From Candidatus Niyogibacteria bacterium RIFCSPLOWO2_01_FULL_45_48 (GTDB lineage Bacteria; Patescibacteriota; Minisyncoccia; HO2-45-28), in contig MHMQ01000032.1 of the NCBI GenBank assembly GCA_001819395.1, forward strand, positions 20,150-84,149: DNA of 64,000 bases. Direction: 5' to 3'. Shown here in pieces: positions 36,980 through 46,801 of this stretch (positions within the stretch are counted from its first letter, which is position 1; each line of letters opens with the position of its first letter). A program made the translations under genes and the position numbers. The notes beneath the pieces are model-generated. The model was not told the origin of the DNA. It made no database searches and saw only the letters and a program-made list of their open reading frames with translations.

Positions 36980-38401
36980 ATGAAAGAAGGCCTAACTTTT
37001 GATGATGTCTTATTGACCCCGAAAAAGTCTCGGGTTTTTTCACGTAAAGATGTTTCGCTCAAAACTTTATTTTCAAAAAATATAGAATTATCCGCGCCGA
37101 TTGTTTCAGCCAACATGGACACCGTAACCGAATCGCGGATGGCGAGATTCTTGGCCGAATCCGGCGGGATCGGCATAATTCACCGATTTTTATCTATTGA
37201 ACAGGAGGCCGAAGAAGTAAAAAAAGTAAAAAGAGCCGAAAATATAATTATTGACGATCCGTATACTATTTTGCCTCACCAGACGGTTGCCGAAGCGCGC
37301 ATGCTGATGGGCCATGACGGCGTATCCGGACTTTTGGTAACGGACGAAAAAAAGAGACTCGTTGGCATCGTAACCGCGCGCGATCTTTTATTTGAAAAAG
37401 ACGAAAACCGGAAGATGGGCGAAGTTATGACCAAAAAGGTCATAACCGCGCCGGTTAATATTTCTCCATCTCGCGCCAAAGAAATTTTGCATAAGTATAG
37501 AATTGAAAAACTGCCCCTCGTTTCTAAAAACGGCGTTGTTAAGGGCCTCATTACCTCAAAAGATATTTTGAAAAAAAGTCAGAACCCCATCGCTTCAAAA
37601 GACAAAAGAGGCAGGCTTTTGGTGGGGGCTGCGGTCGGCGTAAAAGAGGACGCGCTGGCGCGAACAAAAGCGCTGCTTGATGCCGGAGCTGACGCGATAG
37701 TTATTGATATTGCCCACGGCCATAATATGCGCGCGCTGGAAATGACAAAAACATTAAAGAAAAAATTTAAAGGAATAGAGCTTGTTGCCGGAAATGTTGC
37801 TACTGCCGAAGGCGCAGTTGATTTGATAAAAGCGGGGGCGGACGCGGTAAAGGTGGGGATTGGGCCGGGGGCCGCGTGTACCACAAGAGTTGTCACTGGA
37901 GTCGGTGTGCCACAGCTTACGGCGATCACAGATTGCGTAAAAGCCGTTTCAAAATTTGATATACCGATCATAGCCGACGGCGGAGTAAAAAATTCGGGAG
38001 ATTTTTCTAAGGCGCTGGCCGCAGGCTCTTCGTCCGTCATGATTGGCAGCTTGTTTGCGGGGACTGACGAGGCCCCCGGCGAATATATCATTGAAGATGG
38101 CGTCGCTTATAAACTTTACCGCGGAATGGCGTCTCGTGACGCGGCAGAGGATAAAAACAAATTGGATGGAATCGACCCTTCGACTGCGCTCGGGGCAAGC
38201 GGTTTTTCAAGGAATCCTGAAGGCAAGGCCGGACGGGTTTCATACCGCGGTTCGGCTAAAAATGTAATAGGTGATTTGGTCGGCGGGCTTCGTTCGTCAA
38301 TGAGCTATCTTGGCGCCAAAAACCTTAAAGAATTCAGCAAGAACACCGAATTTATAAAAATCACCCCCGCCTCTTTCAGAGAAGGCCAAGCGAGGAATTA
38401 A
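36980..38401 (+). CDS. guaB: IMP dehydrogenase with CBS domains
   Basis: LTFDDVLL, SANMDTVT, GIGPGAACTTR, IADGG, YRGMAS. Confidence 0.93.
   Translation: MKEGLTFDDVLLTPKKSRVFSRKDVSLKTLFSKNIELSAPIVSANMDTVTESRMARFLAESGGIGIIHRFLSIEQEAEEVKKVKRAENIIIDDPYTILPHQTVAEARMLMGHDGVSGLLVTDEKKRLVGIVTARDLLFEKDENRKMGEVMTKKVITAPVNISPSRAKEILHKYRIEKLPLVSKNGVVKGLITSKDILKKSQNPIASKDKRGRLLVGAAVGVKEDALARTKALLDAGADAIVIDIAHGHNMRALEMTKTLKKKFKGIELVAGNVATAEGAVDLIKAGADAVKVGIGPGAACTTRVVTGVGVPQLTAITDCVKAVSKFDIPIIADGGVKNSGDFSKALAAGSSSVMIGSLFAGTDEAPGEYIIEDGVAYKLYRGMASRDAAEDKNKLDGIDPSTALGASGFSRNPEGKAGRVSYRGSAKNVIGDLVGGLRSSMSYLGAKNLKEFSKNTEFIKITPASFREGQARN
38176..38200. repeat. CCCTTCGACT.CGCTC...CAAGC repeat in-frame in guaB
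   Basis: 20/25 identical to 63566-63590. Confidence 0.65.
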
Positions 38402-38527
38402 ATTTTTTGGGGTTGACACCGGCCATTTTTATACGGCTGGTTTTGTTTTTTGTTTGATTTTTTTGGCTGGCGGTTTATATTCTGGATAGGTTATCCGCCC
38501 GTTGAAAACTGAATAAGGAGAAAAAAG

Positions 38528-39856
38528 ATGACCAAAATTTCCGAATGTCTGAAAAAGAAAATTGGAGAAGAACTTTGGGAAACCTTAAAAAGAATTCGTC
38601 ACGAAAACAAAAAGGGGTTTATTAGAACCCCCGAAGCGAAAGCTGTTTTGTCCCGGCTTGTGGAAATTAATCTGAAGCCGAAAGAATTTGAGGACCTGCT
38701 TGGATACAAGTGGGGAAGTGTCAAAAACGCACTTTCTTATCACCAAATCAAGAAACCAGTTCACAAAGCCGAAGTTGCGGCACACGACATTAATTCCCCC
38801 GAATTTAGCGAAAGATTTTTTAAGTTTGTGCGCAGCAAGACGGTTGTGGAAATGTGCGAGGAATTTAATTTGAGTGACGAACAGGTAAGTACGCTTTTGG
38901 CAAATCCGCCTGCGGAACATGGCATATATAAGGATTCCAGCAGGCACACGGCTACCTACTTCTGTATTTTTAAAGGCAAAAATGTCGAGCCGAAAGATAG
39001 GATTTGGAATTATGTTTTGGCTAAAGACGATGGAGCCGCGGTTGATATCGTGTTTCCGAAAGATATTGGTTGGAAAAAAGAAAGGTCCGGAGATTCGTCT
39101 GAGCGCAGATTGGAAAAAATGCGCATTGTGCCCATGGCCGACATTTGGCTTGGCGACCCTCTTCACGACTCAGCGCTTTTGGACGAGAGAATAGCCTGGA
39201 TTGCCAGAGAGCCGCACATTTTTTGGTTTTTTAACGGAGATGCGATTAAACCCCCGACAGCAAAAGAAATTAAAGACGGCGTGCTGGAAAAACTTTATCT
39301 TGAGTTGAGAACAAAACTTGCGCCGATTTCACACAAGTGGCTTTGGGCGCAAGAAGGGTGTTTTGAGACGAAGTTGCATGCGACCAAAGACGCATTTGAT
39401 CCGATTGACGACCTTTGTGATGAGTGGGATGTGCCATATTTCAGAACTCCGGTTTCCGTCGGCCTTCATTGGGCTGGAAATTTATTTAAGTTTTACTGTA
39501 TTCATGGAAAATCGCAGGCTCAGAAAAAGGGTTCAAAAATCAACGCCATCGCGCGCATCCTTGGTGAAGTGGAATTCAACCATTTTTATGTTATGTCTCA
39601 CATCAAGGATTCGATTTCTAGCAAACAAGTGCGTGTTTCCCAAGACGTGTTGAATTTTGATTTGGCGGAAAAAAAACAATATTTATTCATCACACCCTCT
39701 TTTGTGAAGTACGATCGGTCTCGTGATGCGAAGTGGGGATATCCTCTTCCTGCCAGAGGGCAAGCAAGCTGCGCCTTGTATATAGACGGCGATTATCATT
39801 TTTATTCTTCACCAATAGCCACAGGTCTGGTTGCTGTGGGGGAGGACAACATATGA
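38528..39856 (+). CDS. Calcineurin-like metallophosphoesterase-fold protein with degenerate active site
   Basis: ADIWLG, NGD, EGCFE (for GNHE), IHG, SHIK (for GHxH); paralog of the next gene. Confidence 0.7.
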   Translation: MTKISECLKKKIGEELWETLKRIRHENKKGFIRTPEAKAVLSRLVEINLKPKEFEDLLGYKWGSVKNALSYHQIKKPVHKAEVAAHDINSPEFSERFFKFVRSKTVVEMCEEFNLSDEQVSTLLANPPAEHGIYKDSSRHTATYFCIFKGKNVEPKDRIWNYVLAKDDGAAVDIVFPKDIGWKKERSGDSSERRLEKMRIVPMADIWLGDPLHDSALLDERIAWIAREPHIFWFFNGDAIKPPTAKEIKDGVLEKLYLELRTKLAPISHKWLWAQEGCFETKLHATKDAFDPIDDLCDEWDVPYFRTPVSVGLHWAGNLFKFYCIHGKSQAQKKGSKINAIARILGEVEFNHFYVMSHIKDSISSKQVRVSQDVLNFDLAEKKQYLFITPSFVKYDRSRDAKWGYPLPARGQASCALYIDGDYHFYSSPIATGLVAVGEDNI

Positions 39857-40890
39857 CCTCGCAAAAATTCACCTTACTTGGAAAAAAATTTGAAGAATTA
39901 ATGAAAAGAGGAATTGTTCCCAAAGAATCTTTACTCAAAGAGTCCGGTTTTTCGGAAGAGCAGATTAAAAAAATGCTTGGCCGCGATGTGGAAGGCGGCC
40001 GCATTTTTGAACAAAGGGTTGAAAAGGAAATTTATTACCGCTTAATCAGAGAAACACCGCCGGTAGTTACTCAGGAGCGCGTTTGGCAATACGCCCAGTG
40101 CGCGGATCGCAGAAAGCCGTATTTCTGGTTTCAATTTCCGAATACCGATTGGAAAAAAATAATTTTGGTTCCTCTTTCCGACCTTCAGTGGGGTTCGGAA
40201 GAATGTGACGTCGCCCAACTTAAAGATTATGTCAAATATATCGGGGAGAATGACCATGTTTTCGCGTTTCTCAACGGAGATATCCTGAATAACGCTTTGC
40301 CGGATTCTCCCGGCGGTTCAATTTTTTGGGATGTGGCGAGACCCCGCGAGCAAGTAAGGACCGTGATTGATTTACTGGCCCCAATCGCTCACAAAATTCT
40401 TTGGGCATTGCCCGGTAATCACGAAGAGCGCACAATCAAGAGGGCAGATATAGATCCTTTGTTCTGGATTTGCCAGAAACTTGGCATTCCTTATTCGGAT
40501 CAGCCAATTTTTGCCGATATTCTTTGGCGGAGCCACCGTTTCAATTTCTATTGTTTTCATGGCATCAGCGGTTCCAGAACTATGGGTGGCAAGTTAAACG
40601 CGGCCATGCGTCCGATTGATTGGACCGAGTTCACGATGTTTTACATAATGGGGCATGTTCATGAACCAATGGGCAACCCTGTTACAAGAAGGTGTGTTCT
40701 TAGGGAGTATGACAGCAAGGGGGGTTTGACCGGCTTGCGGGTTGTTGACAGAGATCAGTATGTGATTATATGCGCGGCTTGGCTGAAGTTTTGGGGAGGT
40801 TACGGCGCAAAGATGGGTTTTTCTCCGCAGTCTCAAGGCGGAACCCCGTGCCTTTTGTATAAAAACGGCGATTACGGAATCTCGGAGTAA
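39853..40890 (+). CDS. Calcineurin-like metallophosphoesterase
   Basis: SDLQWG, NGD, GNHE, FHG, GHVH; ATG 39853 after GGAGGA, ATGA overlap with previous stop. Confidence 0.82.
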   Translation: MTSQKFTLLGKKFEELMKRGIVPKESLLKESGFSEEQIKKMLGRDVEGGRIFEQRVEKEIYYRLIRETPPVVTQERVWQYAQCADRRKPYFWFQFPNTDWKKIILVPLSDLQWGSEECDVAQLKDYVKYIGENDHVFAFLNGDILNNALPDSPGGSIFWDVARPREQVRTVIDLLAPIAHKILWALPGNHEERTIKRADIDPLFWICQKLGIPYSDQPIFADILWRSHRFNFYCFHGISGSRTMGGKLNAAMRPIDWTEFTMFYIMGHVHEPMGNPVTRRCVLREYDSKGGLTGLRVVDRDQYVIICAAWLKFWGGYGAKMGFSPQSQGGTPCLLYKNGDYGISE

Positions 40891-40921
40891 GTGTTTTGGT
40901 TAATTTTAAGTTAAATTTTAT

Positions 40922-40957
40922 AATCCCCTCGGCAATTTGTCGGGGGATTTTCTTTTT
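40922..40957 (+). terminator. Intrinsic terminator
   Basis: AATCCCCTCGGCA-ATT-TGTCGGGGGATTTTCTTTTT. Confidence 0.6.
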
Positions 40958-41026
40958 GGAGGATTTTAGTATAATGAACCAAGACACGACGGTTTTTTGA
41001 AAACAAACCCTCGGGAGGCAAAACCC

Positions 41027-43135
41027 ATGGTCGGTAGCGAGAAAAACGGAAATCCGGCCGGGGGCGGTTCTTCCGGCGGGATTCCAGAAATTTTGCGGAT
41101 ATTGCCTGCCAGCATAACCAAAACCGTGGTCTTTCCTCACCGGCTTTTCACGAACCTTTCTTACGCCACAAACAACAAGAAAATGGTCTCCGACCTAAAA
41201 CTGGCCGCAGAAGACGGCCATGCGTTTGTTTTGGTCTCGGTAAACGGCAAGGTGACGGAAATAGGAGTTTTGTGCGAAACAAAGAATTTCAGATTTTTCC
41301 CTAAAAACGGAGTGGTGTCTGTTGATATCAAGCCGCTTAAACGCGTTTACTGCACTGAGATTGTGTTTGCTCCCGATCCGGCTGCCGGGTTTACGCGCGT
41401 GAAGTGGAATTACCGAAACGAAATCGCGGTTAGTCCCGAAAGAGGAGAAGAAAAAAGCTTTGTTGATAAGATGATTGCCCTATGTTTTTCTTTCCATGAG
41501 TTTGAGAGTGCCATTGGCGGATCTCTTAGCGAGTCCGAAGGGAAATATTTTGAAAATGCCAATAGGCTTTTGGGAGAGCTGAACGCGGAAAATTTGTCCG
41601 AAACTCTGGATATAATAATGGCCGTTTTACAAAACGTTTATTGGACTTGGGAAGATTTTGACTTCGGAACCCCGGCATTCATCATATTAAAAGAAGAGAA
41701 TGTTGAAACCAGGTTGGATAGGGTTGTAGAATTGCTGGAGATTATTTTCCATCATGTTATGGATTATGGCTTGCTTGGCGACGACGATGTCTGGAGGACC
41801 GGTTCATTGCCGGAAAGGGCGCTCGTAAAATATGACGCGAAAAAACCGGCTGTAGACACGTCTTTGGCCGAGGTAAATATCCGGGAAGAGCTTGCAAAAC
41901 CGAGAAAAACAACAAAACCTCCCATGATCATTTCGGCTGGCGTTCGCCACGGATCAACGACTTTGCTGGACCACAAGAAACCCGACGCTTTTTCCAAAAA
42001 TGTAGTTGAATTTCTTGACCAGCGCGTTGTTGGTCAGGAGAGGGCGAAGATTCATATGGCCAGAGTGTTTTTGCGCATAAAACTTGGACGAACCGATCCG
42101 CGCCGCCCGTTAATAGGCGGAATCTTTTGCGGTCCGACAGGTGTTGGAAAAACAGAATTGGTTAAGGCCGGCGCCGAATTTATGTTCGGAGATTTTAACG
42201 GTTATACTCACATAGGATGCAATACTTTGCAGGAGCATCATGACGTCAAGTGTCTTGATGGCGCGCCGCCAAGCTACGTTGGCTACAACGACGACACAAT
42301 TTTAGCCCAATGGCGCCTTGATAGGCCGCATTTTCTGTGGCACATGAGCCAAAAGCACGGAGTTAAAATTGGCGATACGAAAAAAGTTTTAAGCGAGCTT
42401 TCATCAAAACACCCGCAGTTTACCGAAAAACAAGTAATGACCGCATCTGGATATAGGCCCGAGGATAAGTACTGGTCAATCGTACTTTTGGATGAGATAG
42501 AACGGGCGCACCCGGCTCTTTACTCGTTTTTGCTGCGAATTTTTGATGACGGAACTCTTGCCTTAAAGAACGGCGAATTCACGGATTTGAAGCGGACTGT
42601 GTTTTTTTTGACATCAAATATTCACGGAAAAGAAATTCTTGAAGAAGGGTCCGGAAAAAATATAGGCTTCCATCAGGCCGGAGAAAACTTGTCCGTAGAG
42701 AAAAGATTCGTGAGCCAGACATGGAAAGAGGTTGTTGGCGCTGTTGTGAAGCACTTTTCTTCAAACCCGGCTTTTTTGGGCAGGATCGGAAAAGAAAACC
42801 TGATTGTCTTTTACCCGCTTGGAGCGAAAGAGCTTTTGCAAATTCTTGAAAATATATATTTGCCGGAATTTACAGAATACATGAAAGAAAAAGCAGGAAT
42901 AGACAAATTTTTTATAACGGATAAGGCAAAAAACCTTGTTATTGCGGAAACAAGAGATCCGACAAGCAGAGTTTTGGGCGCAAGAGCACTTAAGAAGGTT
43001 TTTGAGCGTATGGTTGAAATCCCCGTTTTAAATCTTCTGGCGCGAGCCGAAGAGGGAGACGGGCTGAAAGCAGGCGATCGCGTTTTGGTTGACGCAAAGG
43101 ACGGCGCGATGTTCATTTTTAAGGAAGCAGATTAG
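41027..43135 (+). CDS. AAA+ ATPase: Lon N-terminal-like domain fused to a ClpA/B D2-type AAA module
   Basis: N-term ILP...VVFP...EIGV...LKR...ILKEENVETRL; C-term [38 protein letters not shown]; ATG 41027 after GGGAGG. Confidence 0.8.
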   Translation: MVGSEKNGNPAGGGSSGGIPEILRILPASITKTVVFPHRLFTNLSYATNNKKMVSDLKLAAEDGHAFVLVSVNGKVTEIGVLCETKNFRFFPKNGVVSVDIKPLKRVYCTEIVFAPDPAAGFTRVKWNYRNEIAVSPERGEEKSFVDKMIALCFSFHEFESAIGGSLSESEGKYFENANRLLGELNAENLSETLDIIMAVLQNVYWTWEDFDFGTPAFIILKEENVETRLDRVVELLEIIFHHVMDYGLLGDDDVWRTGSLPERALVKYDAKKPAVDTSLAEVNIREELAKPRKTTKPPMIISAGVRHGSTTLLDHKKPDAFSKNVVEFLDQRVVGQERAKIHMARVFLRIKLGRTDPRRPLIGGIFCGPTGVGKTELVKAGAEFMFGDFNGYTHIGCNTLQEHHDVKCLDGAPPSYVGYNDDTILAQWRLDRPHFLWHMSQKHGVKIGDTKKVLSELSSKHPQFTEKQVMTASGYRPEDKYWSIVLLDEIERAHPALYSFLLRIFDDGTLALKNGEFTDLKRTVFFLTSNIHGKEILEEGSGKNIGFHQAGENLSVEKRFVSQTWKEVVGAVVKHFSSNPAFLGRIGKENLIVFYPLGAKELLQILENIYLPEFTEYMKEKAGIDKFFITDKAKNLVIAETRDPTSRVLGARALKKVFERMVEIPVLNLLARAEEGDGLKAGDRVLVDAKDGAMFIFKEAD

Positions 43136-43137
43136 CT

Positions 43138-43167
43138 AAACAGGGCTCGTTCGGAGCCCTGTTTTTT
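43138..43167 (+). terminator. Intrinsic terminator
   Basis: AAACAGGGCTC-GTTCG-GAGCCCTGTTTTTT. Confidence 0.7.
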
Positions 43168-43183
43168 GCTAGACTTCGTTTAT

Positions 43184-43816
43184 ATGAATCCGTTGCCGGC
43201 TTATTTGCAACGAACAGGTGTTTTAAAAGCAGGCCCGATTTTAGAGTCGTTTGGAGCGATTGACCGCGCCGATTTTGTTCCGGAAGAACTGAAATCAAGA
43301 GCTTATGCCGACGAGGCTTTGCCGATTGGCGGAGGGCAGACGATATCACAGCCTTACACCGTTGCTTTTATGTTAAATTTGCTTGATCCGAGGCGTGGAG
43401 AAAAAATCATGGATGTTGGAGCGGGTTCCGGCTGGCAGACGGCCCTTTTGGCGCATGTTGTGGGTAATACCGGCAAAGTTTTTGCCATTGAGCGCGTGCC
43501 GGAACTTTGTGAGTTTGGCCGCGTAAATGTTTCTAAATATAATTTTATCGCGAGCGGTGTTGTTGAATGGTTTTGTCAGGACGCGACATCGGGGCTTCCG
43601 GACAAAGCCCCGATGGACAAAATAATAGCGGCGGCTAGCATTGTGGATCTAAAAGTCCCGAAAGCGTGGGAAGAACAACTAAAAGTCGGCGGGAAAATGG
43701 TGGTACCAATAGGAAATTCAATTTGGCTTTTTATCAAACAGCCCGACGGAACATTTCACGAGAAAGAATTTCCTGGTTTTATTTTCGTGCCCTTTATTAA
43801 AAATGACAGAACTTGA
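43184..43816 (+). CDS. pcm: Protein-L-isoaspartate O-methyltransferase
   Basis: AYAD.ALPIG.GQTISQP, DVGAGSGW, GGKMVVPIG. Confidence 0.92.
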   Translation: MNPLPAYLQRTGVLKAGPILESFGAIDRADFVPEELKSRAYADEALPIGGGQTISQPYTVAFMLNLLDPRRGEKIMDVGAGSGWQTALLAHVVGNTGKVFAIERVPELCEFGRVNVSKYNFIASGVVEWFCQDATSGLPDKAPMDKIIAAASIVDLKVPKAWEEQLKVGGKMVVPIGNSIWLFIKQPDGTFHEKEFPGFIFVPFIKNDRT

Positions 43817-44762
43817 TTTAAAAATAAAAAAACTGGCAATACTCACCGGCGCGATTTTGTTTGTTGTTTCCCTTGTCGCGCACTCTATTTTTTCCGTTCC
43901 GTCCGGCTTCGGCAAAAATCGTCTAGTTAATATAAAACAGGGGAGGGGCTTGAGTGAGATTGCGGATAGTTTGGAAAAAGACGGTGTTATAAAATCGCCA
44001 TTTATTTTTAAGGCGCTGACCTTTTTATTTTTGGAACATAAAAACATAAAAGCTGGGGATTATTTTTTTGAAGAGCCGTTGTCTGCTTTTGGGGTTGTAA
44101 AAAGATTAACGCGAGGCGTTTACGGACTTTCTCCAACGAGAGCGACGGTTTTGGAGGGCTGGACGGCTTGGCAAATGGGCGGGTATTTTGAAGAGCTTGG
44201 ATTTTTTTCGCGTGAAAAATGGACAGAATCCGCCGAGGACAAAGAAGGATATCTGTTCCCGGACACATATTTTTTTCTGCCGAATACCGGGGTTAAAAGG
44301 GTAATTGAAATAATGCGGGAAAATTTTAATGCAAAGGTTTCGCCTTTGCTGGCCGATATTGAGAGTGCGGGGCGAAGTTTTGAGGATATTGTTGTGATAG
44401 CTTCCATAATAGAAAAAGAAGCAAGCGATTTTGAAGACGCGAAAATAATTTCCGGAATTTTATGGAAGCGGCTTGATGCCGGAATGGGACTTCAGGTGGA
44501 CGCGGCTTTGACTTACGTCACGGGAAAGTCCTCCATGGAACTTACCGAAAAAGATTTAGCAATTGATTCGCCTTATAACACCTACAAATACCGCGGTCTT
44601 CCGCCGACACCTATAGGAAACCCGGGTTTAGACGCGATTAAGGCCGCCGTATATCCCGAAGAAACTTTGTATTGGTATTATCTGCACGGTCGTGACGGGG
44701 AGCCCAGATACGCCGTTGACTTTGAGGAACATAAAGAAAACAAGCAAAAATATTTGCGTTGA
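43803..44762 (+). CDS. mltG: Endolytic transglycosylase MltG
   Basis: EGYLFPDTY, ASIIEKE, LQVDA, SPYNTY, GLPPTPI. Confidence 0.93.
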   Translation: MTELDLKIKKLAILTGAILFVVSLVAHSIFSVPSGFGKNRLVNIKQGRGLSEIADSLEKDGVIKSPFIFKALTFLFLEHKNIKAGDYFFEEPLSAFGVVKRLTRGVYGLSPTRATVLEGWTAWQMGGYFEELGFFSREKWTESAEDKEGYLFPDTYFFLPNTGVKRVIEIMRENFNAKVSPLLADIESAGRSFEDIVVIASIIEKEASDFEDAKIISGILWKRLDAGMGLQVDAALTYVTGKSSMELTEKDLAIDSPYNTYKYRGLPPTPIGNPGLDAIKAAVYPEETLYWYYLHGRDGEPRYAVDFEEHKENKQKYLR

Positions 44763-44817
44763 TTTATTTTTGTATACATAGTATCTTTTGAAAAGATTTC
44801 TTTAAAGGAGATACGCC

Positions 44818-45588
44818 ATGCGCTGGCTGAAGGATATGCGCGTCTGGCTTTTTGCCGCGACTTTTTTGACCGTTTCTTTTGCCGGAGCTTCTTTTTCGGG
44901 TCTTATGGATTTTCACAGACCGTTAAGTATTTTTTACGGAATGCCTTTTGCTGTTTCTTTGCTCGTGATTTTGCTTGCGCACGAAATGGGGCACTACGTC
45001 GCGGCCAGAAGATGGGGCGTGGAAGTGGATGGACCGTATTTCATACCCTTTCCGTTTTTTCTCGGCACCTTCGGGGCGTTTATAAGGGTAAAAAGTCCTA
45101 TTCCGAATCGGATTGCTCTTTGTGATATCGGCGCTGCCGGCCCTTGGGCCGGAATGGGAACGGCCGTCGCGATTCTTTTTTTAGTTTATCCGCTTCGTTT
45201 AGAACTTGGGGATTTTGCGGCTAATCAGGTCAGGCTCGCTATTTTGGTTGGTTTCATTGTTACTCTTGTTAATCTTCTTCCGAGCGGTTCGCTTGACGGC
45301 GGTCATTTGGCTTATGCCTTTTTTGGGAATTTGAATCAGCGTATTGTCGGGCTTGTGATGTTTTTCTCCTCTTTGCTTACGATGGTATTTGTGGTCTTTT
45401 TCAATTCCGCGATAAGTCCTCTGGTCTTTTTTATTCTTTATATTGTTGGTGGCGGCACGATACATCCCCCTACCGAAAATGATTTATTGCCGTTAGATTG
45501 GAAGAGAAAGGTTGTGGTTATAATTACCCTTATTATTTACGCAGTTCTTCTTTACGGCTCAACCCTTGTGAGGTTTGGTTCAAAGTAA
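44818..45588 (+). CDS. Site-2 protease (M50) family membrane peptidase
   Basis: HEMGH, AAGP, NLLP...LDGGH. Confidence 0.88.
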   Translation: MRWLKDMRVWLFAATFLTVSFAGASFSGLMDFHRPLSIFYGMPFAVSLLVILLAHEMGHYVAARRWGVEVDGPYFIPFPFFLGTFGAFIRVKSPIPNRIALCDIGAAGPWAGMGTAVAILFLVYPLRLELGDFAANQVRLAILVGFIVTLVNLLPSGSLDGGHLAYAFFGNLNQRIVGLVMFFSSLLTMVFVVFFNSAISPLVFFILYIVGGGTIHPPTENDLLPLDWKRKVVVIITLIIYAVLLYGSTLVRFGSK

Positions 45589-45661
45589 ACAAATTCGCTT
45601 GGAATTTCCAAGCGAATTTTGATTTTTAATGAGGTTTTTGTTATATTTCGTAATATCCAAC

Positions 45662-46768
45662 ATGAAAAGTCAAGTTAAAAAGCCGAAGGTCTTCGTGGCC
45701 ATGTCTGGAGGAGTGGACTCGTCTGTTGCGGCCGCTTTGCTTAAAAAGGGCGGTGAATTCAGTGTGGTCGGATGTTATATGAAATGCTGGTCGGCTTGGG
45801 ATCAGTGCTCGGTTGAGCGCGATGCCGAAGACGCGAGGGCTGTTGCGGAAAAATTAGATATACCCTTTTATATTTTTGATTTTGAGAAAGAGTATCGCGA
45901 GCGAGTTTTTAATTACATGGTTAGAGAATATGCCGCAGGGCGCACGCCTAACCCCGATGTGCTTTGCAACTCGGAAATTAAATTCGGAATTTTTTTGGAG
46001 AAAGCGCTGGCCCTAGGCGCAGATTTTGTGGCAACGGGGCATTATGTGAGAGCCTCCGAAAGCTTTTCAGAACAGAACGCCGTCTCGCTTTGTCAGGCCG
46101 TGGACCAAAATAAAGACCAAAGTTATTTTTTGTGGCGTCTTACGCAAAAACAGCTTAAACATGTTTTGTTTCCGATAGGGGATTATTTAAAACCCGAAGT
46201 TCGCGAAATGGCGCGCGAGTTTGGATTGCCGACTGCGGATAAAAAAGATTCGCAGGGGCTTTGTTTTGTGGGAAAAGTGCCGTTTGACGAATTTTTACGC
46301 GATATTTTACCAAAAAATCCCGGGCCGATTATGACTACTTCCGGAAAGGTGATAGGCGATCATGACGGCCTTTCGTTTTACACTTTGGGTCAGCGCCACG
46401 GCATTAAAATAGGCGGAGGGACGCCCTATTATGTCGCGTCAAAAGAATTTCAGACCAACACTTTGGTTGTGGCCGAAGGAAATAAAGACGAGATACTTTT
46501 TAAAAAAGAAATTGAAGTCTCGGACATAAATTGGATTGGAGGCGCCCAACCAAAATTTCCTTTAAAATGCAAAGCGCGCATCCGTTACCGCCAGCCTCTT
46601 CAAAAATGCGCCGTATTCCCACTTGGACATCGGATGTCCAAGTTAAGGGTTGTGTTTGATGAACCGCAAAAAGCCGCAACCCCGGGCCAGTCGGCTGTAT
46701 TTTACGTGCCCGCCAAAGCTTTAGTGAAGGAGGGTGGAGAACTTCTGGGTGGAGGGGTAATGGTGTAA
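45662..46768 (+). CDS. mnmA: tRNA 2-thiouridylase
   Basis: AMSGGVDS, TPNPDVLCN, KDQSYFL, DSQGLCF, TPGQ. Confidence 0.95.
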   Translation: MKSQVKKPKVFVAMSGGVDSSVAAALLKKGGEFSVVGCYMKCWSAWDQCSVERDAEDARAVAEKLDIPFYIFDFEKEYRERVFNYMVREYAAGRTPNPDVLCNSEIKFGIFLEKALALGADFVATGHYVRASESFSEQNAVSLCQAVDQNKDQSYFLWRLTQKQLKHVLFPIGDYLKPEVREMAREFGLPTADKKDSQGLCFVGKVPFDEFLRDILPKNPGPIMTTSGKVIGDHDGLSFYTLGQRHGIKIGGGTPYYVASKEFQTNTLVVAEGNKDEILFKKEIEVSDINWIGGAQPKFPLKCKARIRYRQPLQKCAVFPLGHRMSKLRVVFDEPQKAATPGQSAVFYVPAKALVKEGGELLGGGVMV

Positions 46769-46801
46769 GAGACCAAAAAATTTGTTAAAATAAAATTACA
46801 G

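Noticed and set aside
39733-39852. Long N-terminal overlap of the second phosphoesterase
   Set aside because: ATG 39853 with GGAGGA and an ATGA overlap is the better start.
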